IMG/VR virus record: IMGVR_UViG_3300032024_000167
Span: 1-43,868 of that record
Source: a virus
Lineage: Duplodnaviria; Caudoviricetes
Strand: one strand, 5' to 3'
DNA length: 43,868 bases
The position numbers and the translations under genes are program-made. The notes below the pieces were generated by a model. The model did not search any database. It had not been told where the DNA came from and saw only the letters and a program-made list of their open reading frames with translations. Shown in pieces: positions 37,068 to 43,868 of the stretch; positions within the stretch are counted from its first letter, which is position 1; every line of letters starts with the position of its first letter.

Positions 37068-37219
37068 GGTTTCCATTCCTTTGTTGCTGGTTGTCCTCGG
37101 TCGCGTCCACATCGTGCGTTCGCGGCCGTCGTCTCCTGTCCATCACTTCCTGTGATGAAGCGTCATGCTTTCCGTTTCCTTGCAGCTCCGTGCTGCTAAG
37201 ACCGCCAAATCTCCTGGCG
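37068..37219 (-). ncRNA. GGA-rich CsrB/RsmZ-like RNA or csrA leader
   Basis: 11 GGA in 152 nt; hairpins CGCCA-GGAGATT-TGGCG, GCAGC-ACGGA-GCTGC and CATCAC-AGGAA-GTGATG. Confidence 0.7.
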
Positions 37220-37471
37220 TTACTCATAGGCAGCAATCGCGGCATCCACGTCCGCGTCAATTGAGTCCGGATCAATGTCAGGTGCTTCGAACTCCCAGGA
37301 GTACACGCCTTCCTGTCTCTCTCCAGCGATTTCCGCGTTATTGCGAACGTACTTCCACCGTGCGGCGTCGGCCTTAATGCGATGCAGTCCGTTACTGCAC
37401 GCAATGACCGTCGCGACCCACCCCACAACGAAGCCGACGTAGAACGCAACGCTGACGTAGAGAAGAGTCAT
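37220..37471 (-). CDS. Hypothetical membrane-anchored protein, paralog of 28501..28746
   Basis: N-terminal hydrophobic helix plus the shared C-terminal domain. Confidence 0.75.
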   Translation of the reverse strand: MTLLYVSVAFYVGFVVGWVATVIACSNGLHRIKADAARWKYVRNNAEIAGERQEGVYSWEFEAPDIDPDSIDADVDAAIAAYE

Positions 37472-38250
37472 CGCCCCACCGCCTTCCGTTGCTTGGCCTC
37501 GATCTGCTGTTGCGTTTCCTCTACCACGCTTTTCCTTGCTCGCACTCGACTGGGTCCAACACGATTTCCGCTGCGTTCAAGGACGAGAGACCAGCACTCT
37601 TTGACAATCGAGTGTGCGTAGGCGACACCTCGATGGATCGACGCGGCAATTTCCAAAATAGATGCCGATGTGTCCTGCTCAGTGAACAGACTCAACACAC
37701 GGGCTTTGTCACTGCCACGGCAGGTTTTGCAATCGCAGGAGTCCAGTTCGCATTGCACGTTGTCACTGACCCCTAGATTGCTCTGGCAGTCACGGCAAAT
37801 GTGCCCGCATGGATAGCCCTCAGTGACGATTCCGCTGCTCGGAATGTCCCTGAGGTATCTCAGATCGCGAGAACGCAAGTCGCCTTCTCCGATCGTTGGG
37901 CAGTAGTAATAGGGCCACTCTATCACGCGGTAGATGCCTGGTTTCACGCACCTAGATTCACCGATCGCACCGACCTCCTCCGTGACAACGAGGCAGTCCT
38001 GGTAGTCGTTTTCCTCGTAATTACCGCAATTGCAGCATGTGAAGCAGAAGTGTTCGCGGTAGCAGTCGTCGCATATGTTCTCGCCACCACTGTCCAATTG
38101 CGGCGATTCAATTTCTTCTTCGCTTAACTGTTTGCCACACCAGCCGCAGGTTGAGGTAGCGGAAGGGGAATACCTGGTGGATCTCGTAGGGGAATCACCT
38201 AGTCCGCTGCCTACGAAGACGCCTTTATGCGTGCGAGAAGTGGAGTCCAT
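37468..38250 (-). CDS. Multi-CxxC zinc-binding hypothetical protein (260 aa)
   Basis: CGWC, CDDC, CCNC, CRDC, CKTC; possible C-terminal HTH; SD AGGAGG. Confidence 0.65.
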   Translation of the reverse strand: MDSTSRTHKGVFVGSGLGDSPTRSTRYSPSATSTCGWCGKQLSEEEIESPQLDSGGENICDDCYREHFCFTCCNCGNYEENDYQDCLVVTEEVGAIGESRCVKPGIYRVIEWPYYYCPTIGEGDLRSRDLRYLRDIPSSGIVTEGYPCGHICRDCQSNLGVSDNVQCELDSCDCKTCRGSDKARVLSLFTEQDTSASILEIAASIHRGVAYAHSIVKECWSLVLERSGNRVGPSRVRARKSVVEETQQQIEAKQRKAVGR

Positions 38251-38364
38251 TCCGGACCCTCCTTGTCATTCCATGTCGAACAGTCGGTGTTCAACTAAGT
38301 CGGTGCGTGCGACTGGGTGACCGAGAGTGGTCAAGAAGTCGCCAGTGGTTGTGTGTCACTGGCG

Positions 38365-38393
38365 AATGTACCGAATACGGTACAGCGTGTCAA
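38365..38393 (-). promoter_or_regulatory. Sigma70-type early promoter with overlapping palindromic operator
   Basis: TTGACA-17 nt-TACATT; operator TGTACCG-N4-CGGTACA at 38367-38384. Confidence 0.8.
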
Positions 38394-38641
38394 CGTCCTG
38401 TTCGGATTTTTTTAGGGTCTTCCAAAAACGAGTCGATTGTGACCCCGAACGCCTCGGCGATCCGTGCAAGCAACGCAACGCCCGGCAAGTTCTTTCCGTT
38501 CAAGATGTTAGATAGCGTCATGGGTGGGTCGCCTGTCTTTCGTGCGACCTCCCGCAAGGACATACCGCTACCGTCCAAATGATTGCGGAAGTTCTCCGCA
38601 ACATTCTCCATTGCTTTCTGATTGCTGATCACTGTTGACAT
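38390..38641 (-). CDS. XRE-family HTH repressor (83 aa)
   Basis: GMSLREVARKTG...TLSNILNGKNLP...LARIAEAFGVTIDSF. Confidence 0.9.
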   Translation of the reverse strand: MSTVISNQKAMENVAENFRNHLDGSGMSLREVARKTGDPPMTLSNILNGKNLPGVALLARIAEAFGVTIDSFLEDPKKIRTGR

Positions 38642-38648
38642 GTCCTAT

Positions 38649-38677
38649 ACTGTAACGGAAACGGTACAGTGAAGCAA
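38649..38677 (-). promoter_or_regulatory. Repressor promoter (probably leaderless) with second operator
   Basis: TTGCTT-17 nt-TACAGT, ATG 7 nt downstream; operator TGTAACG-GAAA-CGGTACA at 38651-38668. Confidence 0.7.
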
Positions 38678-38820
38678 GGCAAAAAGCCGGGTTGACACAC
38701 AACACCACTGGCGTTGCTCCCGGCTGTTTTGCCCTGCATTACCAAAAGCCGCACCATCGGTTTCAAACAGGCCCACGCGGGCCATCCGACAGTGCGGCGT
38801 GTTTTCGAGAAAGGGTTCCT

Positions 38821-39027
38821 ATGTGTTTGCCTGATCCAGATCCGTTGCCCGATGGTTTTCCACGCAAGGCGAAAAACGAAGACAATTGGACTCCTGAGCT
38901 GATCCAGCCCGTTTCAAAGACCTTCCGCAATGGCGACTTCGAGCGCGTCAAGGAAATCGTTTTTCGCAACGGCACAAAACTCACGTTCTTGCGAAGGGTC
39001 GATCGCAATCCCGTGAACCCCAGCTGA
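38821..39027 (+). CDS. Hypothetical protein (68 aa)
   Basis: Shares the 16-nt start context GAAAGGGTTCCTATGT with 39291; overlaps an antisense ORF. Confidence 0.4.
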   Translation: MCLPDPDPLPDGFPRKAKNEDNWTPELIQPVSKTFRNGDFERVKEIVFRNGTKLTFLRRVDRNPVNPS

Positions 39028-39273
39028 CCCTGTCACAATCAGCTCTCGTGTCTGCTCAAGCGAATACGGGGCCGTCGTGAATCCACTTGGATCGGGAGAA
39101 ACGAGTTTGTCCACAAACGACGCGATGCCCCAAGTGGTCGTGAACAGAAACAGGCACTGCAATCCGAACGCGTCAGGACGGCTGAACACTCGGTCGTTGG
39201 CGCAAAACAGCACGTAGAACTGCGAATCACGATTCAGATTAAGAAACGTCATCCCGAGTCGATCAGTCACCAT
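38914..39273 (-). CDS. Hypothetical protein (119 aa)
   Basis: Protein-like composition (LFTT...GIAIDP); 3' end overlaps the plus-strand ORF. Confidence 0.5.
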   Translation of the reverse strand: MVTDRLGMTFLNLNRDSQFYVLFCANDRVFSRPDAFGLQCLFLFTTTWGIASFVDKLVSPDPSGFTTAPYSLEQTRELIVTGSAGVHGIAIDPSQEREFCAVAKNDFLDALEVAIAEGL

Positions 39274-39290
39274 TTTCCGAAAGGGTTCCT

Positions 39291-39524
39291 ATGTCCAAGC
39301 AAGAGTTCCGCGTAACCAAGCAGGAATTTCACGACACCATCAACGCTTACTTCGAGACCGGAAATCTCGACTACCTCAAACTCCTCGCAAAACTCACCGA
39401 GACAGAGCAGTCTTCCCGCGATGCTTCCCGCATGCGTGGCGATGCGACGTTTAACGACGCAGCCAACGCGAAAATAGCGGTGCGCATCGCGGAACATCAG
39501 TCAATGGGCTCGCCGCGAATGTGA
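39291..39524 (+). CDS. Hypothetical protein (77 aa)
   Basis: SD-like GAAAGGG; helical composition. Confidence 0.55.
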   Translation: MSKQEFRVTKQEFHDTINAYFETGNLDYLKLLAKLTETEQSSRDASRMRGDATFNDAANAKIAVRIAEHQSMGSPRM

Positions 39525-39718
39525 TCGGTCAGGAATTCAAGGTCGTTGTCCGACAGTTTTCGCGTCGCGTCCAAAGTCCAGTGGTGTTTGTCCACTAAGT
39601 AGAAAATCACAGCGTCCCGGCCGCGGAGTGTCGCTAGGTTTAATTTCCCTGCGAGAATTCCACCGGCGACGTCCAACCAGTCCTTTTCGGACTCAGTGCC
39701 GTCCTGGCCGTCAACCAT
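39497..39718 (-). CDS. Hypothetical phage protein (73 aa)
   Basis: SD GGGAGG; YLVDKHHW...RKLSDNDL pattern. Confidence 0.6.
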   Translation of the reverse strand: MVDGQDGTESEKDWLDVAGGILAGKLNLATLRGRDAVIFYLVDKHHWTLDATRKLSDNDLEFLTDHIRGEPID

Positions 39719-39750
39719 GTTTGAGCCCTCCCTTAAAACCGTACAAACCA

Positions 39751-39806
39751 GTGCGGGAAACAGGACTTGAACCTGCATGGCCAGTTACGGCCACTAGGCC
39801 CTCAAC
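39751..39806 (-). other. attP core: 3' half of tRNA-Leu(GAG)
   Basis: TT-GAG-GG-CCTAG, long variable arm TGGCC-GTAACT-GGCCA, T-arm GCAGG-TTCAAGT-CCTGT, acceptor TTCCCGC-A; 5' half absent; adjacent to the integrase. Confidence 0.85.
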
Positions 39807-39888
39807 GAGAAATGCCAGCCCGTCCCTAGGATCGGTGGAAAATTTCCGCACGGTAGCGCAGGAGTGAGCTAGTTTTTCCTCATCGTGC

Positions 39889-40719
39889 ATGAGGAGGGCA
39901 GCCAGAATGCTTGCGATCGACGTTCTCAGCCTGTATATCGAGAATCACCCATACGGCCTGGCAGAATCGACACAATCCCAACTCCGGTGGACGTTTAACT
40001 CAATCTTGAAGTGGCATGGCTCATGTGGCCTCGACACGTTTACGTGCGCGGTTGCGAATAGCTGGATTGACCACCTCCGCGAGTCCAAACGCCCGGACAC
40101 GGTCCGCACTCAGAGGACTAACCTGCTGTGCGTTTGGTGGTGGGCATACCGGGAACAATACGTCCAGGAACCGCCGCTGCGACTGCGGAAACTGCGGCCT
40201 ATCAGACACGAGCCAACCGCTTGGCGGATAGACGAGGTGCGGAGCCTGATCCATGCAGCACAGACCGACCCGATCCGACCAGCGTTCTGGGAGTCAATCG
40301 TGCGATCCGGGTACGACACCGGCTTGCGACTCGGTGACCTGCTGATCATGCGAGTTGATCAGGTGTCCAATCTGGTGCATGTACGCCAACACAAAACGGG
40401 CCAGCCTGTGGCCGTCCAGCTACGTCCGGAAACGCTGCGTGCGATCGAGCGGCAGACTGCAGGCCGTGAGCTGACGTCGATTGTGTGGCCGCTCTGGGGG
40501 CGGCGCGAGGCGTTTTACCGTGCGTTCCGCGGGCTGGTTGTTCGGGCTGGTATCCGCCCTGGCACGTTTCGTTGGCTGCGACGTACGGCGGCGACTCAGG
40601 TTGAAAGCGTGGAGGCAGGGAGCGGGACGTCACTGCTCGGACATACGAACCGTTCCACCACGGAGCGATGGTATCTGGACAGGAGCCAGTTGCGTGAGCC
40701 TCCGCTGCCGCCGCTGTGA
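39889..40719 (+). CDS. int: Tyrosine recombinase/integrase (about 270 aa; likely start 39907)
   Basis: TGLRLGDL, KTG, FRWLRRT, LLGH and ERWY catalytic pattern. Confidence 0.9.
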   Translation: MRRAARMLAIDVLSLYIENHPYGLAESTQSQLRWTFNSILKWHGSCGLDTFTCAVANSWIDHLRESKRPDTVRTQRTNLLCVWWWAYREQYVQEPPLRLRKLRPIRHEPTAWRIDEVRSLIHAAQTDPIRPAFWESIVRSGYDTGLRLGDLLIMRVDQVSNLVHVRQHKTGQPVAVQLRPETLRAIERQTAGRELTSIVWPLWGRREAFYRAFRGLVVRAGIRPGTFRWLRRTAATQVESVEAGSGTSLLGHTNRSTTERWYLDRSQLREPPLPPL

Positions 40720-40954
40720 CGGTACCCGTACACAAACAGGCCGATTTTATGCACTTCTCTATACGCGGAAATTCTGCGCGCGGTCAGGCCCAAGGTTAAC
40801 TCGTTTCGGCACTTGGCTTTAGCGATTGCATGCAGGGCTAAAACAGCCTTTCCAGGCCCAATTGATGCGCGCCGATTTTTCGCGCCCGCAGGGTCGATGG
40901 CATCGATGTGGCTGCCGCCGCTGTGATTGCGGCCCCACTCGGCCGGGAGGTACC

Positions 40955-41221
40955 ATGGCGGCGGAGGAACACGCCATGCCAACACCACCGCCGCGAATCG
41001 TTGATGGCATTCCATTTGCTGAAAAACGACGACCTGGGACGCCGGAACGCAGGACGTCTCAACACACCGGAATGGCCTCGATCTGGTTCATACTCGGCAT
41101 TCTGGCAATATTCGGTGCCGCGGCTTCCTTAGTTTCATTGGCCGCTGCTGGGTGTTTTTTCGTACTTGGGTACCTCTCCCTGATCTGCTCAAAGCTCGAT
41201 CACCTTCGCGGTCGTGATTGA
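40955..41221 (+). CDS. Small two-TM membrane protein (moron-like)
   Basis: SD GGGAGG at 40955 and GGAGG at the in-frame ATG 40976; two hydrophobic helices; opposite strand to the tail genes. Confidence 0.65.
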   Translation: MAAEEHAMPTPPPRIVDGIPFAEKRRPGTPERRTSQHTGMASIWFILGILAIFGAAASLVSLAAAGCFFVLGYLSLICSKLDHLRGRD

Positions 41222-41593
41222 CCGCTCGATCGCCATCCGCAGCATCCGCTCCGCCGCCTCCTTGCTGATCGGCTCTTTGTGCCTGGCACTGACTTCTACC
41301 AGCTCCGCGACGATCGCATTGAACTCCTCCGAGCACTTTTCCGGCCCCCACGCGTCGAGCCTGGCGATCGGCAAGCGGCACGTGCATCCAAGGATCTTCC
41401 GCAACTCGGTGCCGACGCCTGCGGACGGAGCCTGCTGAGCTTCGCCAGCCAGATCCTGCCCAGGCCCACGGCCCGCCTCCCAGGCCGCGAAGTAATCTTC
41501 TCGCGTCTGACACAGCTTCCACAAGTGCGGCGACTTCCGCACCTTGTGCCGCTCGCAATACCCAGGCCCGTGGCACTCGCACTTGGTGGTCAT
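41189..41593 (-). CDS. Cys-rich protein downstream of the tail fibre (134 aa)
   Basis: ATGA overlap; CEC...YCERH, GVGTELRKILGCTC...DAWGPEKC. Confidence 0.7.
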   Translation of the reverse strand: MTTKCECHGPGYCERHKVRKSPHLWKLCQTREDYFAAWEAGRGPGQDLAGEAQQAPSAGVGTELRKILGCTCRLPIARLDAWGPEKCSEEFNAIVAELVEVSARHKEPISKEAAERMLRMAIERSITTAKVIEL

Positions 41594-43593
41594 GCTGGGT
41601 CCGTGATGGAGAGGTAGTAGGTGCCTGAGGTAGGACCTTCGGGTGGGTCGGCGTCGTAGCAGGCCCAACAAGTTAAATCGGATTGCCCCAGGTAGAACGG
41701 CCCGAAGTTCAGGCTCAGCGGATTGCACGCACTGCCAGCGTTCGCGCGGAAGACCGCCGTGCATCCACCTGGATTGGACGCACAGCACGTGCCGTTGGTG
41801 ATCGCCATTTTCCAGTTGTACCCTGGGCGGTGCTTATAATAGAGCTTCATCTCGACGTAGTCGATCTCGGCCGTCCGCAATGTACCGGACTTGCCGACGG
41901 CCGCGATAATCACGCCGAACGCAGCCCCTTCGACGATCGCCTTCGTGAGCGCCCGGCTCCACGTGTCGTTGCTGGCCCCGTAGCGGACCGACTCCTCCAT
42001 TCCCCACCCAGGCCACGCATCCGGGTCCTTCTTGTTGTCCCCGATTGGTGATGCGTCCGAATTGAAGAGGTAGACTCCGTAGTCCTCCACATCTCCCGCG
42101 ACGCTGGCCATCCGCTGGATGTTCACCTCGACGCCGACGATCGTCACATCGGCCGGGAGCGAGAATCCGAAGTTGGTGCACTTTAGGAACTGGGTCGGCT
42201 CGCCGGACTTCGTGTCGGCGGTCGTGTAGTTGAAGTCGTCATCGACCTTGGCATTGTTCGGATCATTCCAGGCGTCCACGCCAGGATCGAGCGTGATGCC
42301 ACTGGCGACCGTTCCTGGTGCTTTCCAGGCGGACGAATCGTAGTCCGAGCCATCGCAGATCAGCTTGTACGTGATCGTCGTCGATGGGGTATTAGCGGCG
42401 GAAACAAGATCGCCGGCCCAGTACGACGTTCCCGAGCCGTACTTCCAGTACATAAACCAGTCTTCGCCCCCCAGGCACGCGGCCCGGTCGGTGCCGGCCG
42501 TGACGGTCCCCACCAACGTTTTGCTCGGCACGATTCCGTCGCAGCTGCAACCGCACGTGAGGCACAACCTGGTGGCGCTGATTCGTAGTTCATAGATGAA
42601 GAAATCTTCAAACGTCGCGCCGGCGGCATTGTTGTGACCGATCGCGCAGTACCGGCCAGCAGTGAATACGGCGTTGTCGGCCCACGCCGGCCCGACGTCT
42701 GGATCGGTGGAAATGCCACCTTTGACTCCGGCGAACACCGAACCGCTCGTATAGTCACAGCAGACGTACAAGCCGACCTTGCCGTCGATGGGAGTTGTTT
42801 TCGTTTGCACCGTGGCGCCGCTGCTCGCTCCGGCTGTGATGGCAATGGTCCAGGTCGATGTGCCATCGAACGTAAACGACGCCGACACATTCCCGACGCT
42901 GTCTGTGTCGGGGCAGGACGGGTAGATGAAGAACACGTTGCCGGCCTGCGGATCGCACACGTCGATGGCGATGTACATTTCGCCGGGCGACCGCCGTGGA
43001 ACGGCCTGGGTGCAGAAAATTCTCGCGTTCGCGGTGCCGCCACCGCCCACCTTCTCGTGCAGTTTGTTACTCAGAATCTCCCAGTTGCCGGTGACCTCGT
43101 TCCAGTTCGCCCCGACGTTGGTAGAGTCGGCCCGGTTGAAATTGTCGGACCATTTCCAGCAGGGACCACCTGCTACATGTGCCAGTCGAATCCACCACTC
43201 CCCGTATCCGGCCGGATCGCCTTCTACGCCGCGCTGCCAGAGGGCCACGACGTAGGTTCCCTCTTCTACATATTCGCCGTTGATCTCGCGAGCAATCACA
43301 TCATCGGCGTCGTCGGTGTTGCCCTCAGCCGTGCGATCGCTGCAGGTCATCGTGGACGTGCCTGGCGCTACCGGAGTGAATCCGCAATCGATGAATCGGA
43401 TCGCGAATGTGTTTCCTGACGTCGGGTAGGTGCCGCCCCGAGAGACTGTCCTGGCCAGTCGCAGGTTGCGGATTCGGTCTCCAACCGTCGCCCGAAATGC
43501 CGCCCGCTCAGAAGTGACGCGACGGTCGATGATTCGCCGAATGGCGGCCACTTGCCGCGGCGTAAAGGGCTCGTTGATCTGCGGCAGGCTCAT
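41590..43593 (-). CDS. Cys-rich tail fibre/receptor-binding protein (667 aa)
   Basis: Last large tail gene; beta-rich (WSDNFNRADS...NW); start MSLPQ at 43593 overlaps the upstream TGA. Confidence 0.65.
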   Translation of the reverse strand: MSLPQINEPFTPRQVAAIRRIIDRRVTSERAAFRATVGDRIRNLRLARTVSRGGTYPTSGNTFAIRFIDCGFTPVAPGTSTMTCSDRTAEGNTDDADDVIAREINGEYVEEGTYVVALWQRGVEGDPAGYGEWWIRLAHVAGGPCWKWSDNFNRADSTNVGANWNEVTGNWEILSNKLHEKVGGGGTANARIFCTQAVPRRSPGEMYIAIDVCDPQAGNVFFIYPSCPDTDSVGNVSASFTFDGTSTWTIAITAGASSGATVQTKTTPIDGKVGLYVCCDYTSGSVFAGVKGGISTDPDVGPAWADNAVFTAGRYCAIGHNNAAGATFEDFFIYELRISATRLCLTCGCSCDGIVPSKTLVGTVTAGTDRAACLGGEDWFMYWKYGSGTSYWAGDLVSAANTPSTTITYKLICDGSDYDSSAWKAPGTVASGITLDPGVDAWNDPNNAKVDDDFNYTTADTKSGEPTQFLKCTNFGFSLPADVTIVGVEVNIQRMASVAGDVEDYGVYLFNSDASPIGDNKKDPDAWPGWGMEESVRYGASNDTWSRALTKAIVEGAAFGVIIAAVGKSGTLRTAEIDYVEMKLYYKHRPGYNWKMAITNGTCCASNPGGCTAVFRANAGSACNPLSLNFGPFYLGQSDLTCWACYDADPPEGPTSGTYYLSITDPA
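43189..43461. repeat. 273-bp perfect direct repeat, copy 1
   Basis: Identical by eye to 43596-43868. Confidence 0.92.
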
Positions 43594-43868
43594 ACAATCC
43601 ACCACTCCCCGTATCCGGCCGGATCGCCTTCTACGCCGCGCTGCCAGAGGGCCACGACGTAGGTTCCCTCTTCTACATATTCGCCGTTGATCTCGCGAGC
43701 AATCACATCATCGGCGTCGTCGGTGTTGCCCTCAGCCGTGCGATCGCTGCAGGTCATCGTGGACGTGCCTGGCGCTACCGGAGTGAATCCGCAATCGATG
43801 AATCGGATCGCGAATGTGTTTCCTGACGTCGGGTAGGTGCCGCCCCGAGAGACTGTCCTGGCCAGTCG
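43590..43868 (-). CDS. 3' part of the 136-aa origin-spanning gene
   Basis: Ends ...GYGEWWIV* with TGA at 43590-43592. Confidence 0.75.
   Translation of the reverse strand, partial: RLARTVSRGGTYPTSGNTFAIRFIDCGFTPVAPGTSTMTCSDRTAEGNTDDADDVIAREINGEYVEEGTYVVALWQRGVEGDPAGYGEWWIV
43596..43868. repeat. 273-bp perfect direct repeat, copy 2 (includes the 55-bp terminal overlap)
   Basis: Identical by eye to 43189-43461. Confidence 0.92.

Noticed and set aside
37000-37449. 149-aa minus-strand ORF covering the GGA-rich region
   Set aside because: It overlaps both flanking genes out of frame and has no recognisable features; the tract is better explained as structured RNA.
39751-39806. Functional tRNA-Leu gene
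   Set aside because: The 5' half (acceptor 5' strand, D-arm, 5' anticodon stem) is absent.
43189-43868. Diversity-generating retroelement (template/variable repeat pair in the tail fibre)
   Set aside because: The copies are identical with no adenine-specific mismatches, they lie at the N-terminus, and no reverse transcriptase is present.

Overview
This window is an apparently complete, circularly assembled temperate siphophage or excised prophage of about 43.8 kb; the last 55 bp repeat the first 55 bp. Almost all genes are on the minus strand. In transcription order they are: an XRE repressor with palindromic operators; early genes (csrA, a tRNA-like CAT element, RecT-like recombinase, SSB-like protein, truncated RecD2, ERCC4 nuclease, adenine methylase, ASCH protein, P4-type primase-helicase followed by an iteron origin); lambda-like packaging and head genes (Nu1/GpA terminase, portal, S49 protease with nested scaffold, cement protein, major capsid protein); an atypical lysis/secreted block with a papain-like peptidase; a head-spike base and SGNH-hydrolase fibre; and tail genes (tube, frameshifted chaperone, tape measure, hub, Cys-rich fibre). 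A plus-strand tyrosine integrase lies next to an attP that is the 3' half of tRNA-Leu(GAG). The host is inferred to be Planctomycetota from protein style; this was not verified. The most striking unexplained element is a Csr module: a 152-nt non-coding tract with 11 GGA motifs, three in hairpin loops (CsrB/RsmZ-like), directly upstream of csrA, which is followed by a tRNA(CAT)-like RNA with a shortened D-arm. Also notable are two mini-genes that copy segments of neighbouring tail proteins and two proteins with RNA polymerase alpha-CTD-like domains. All family assignments come from recognising motifs by eye; no searches were run.
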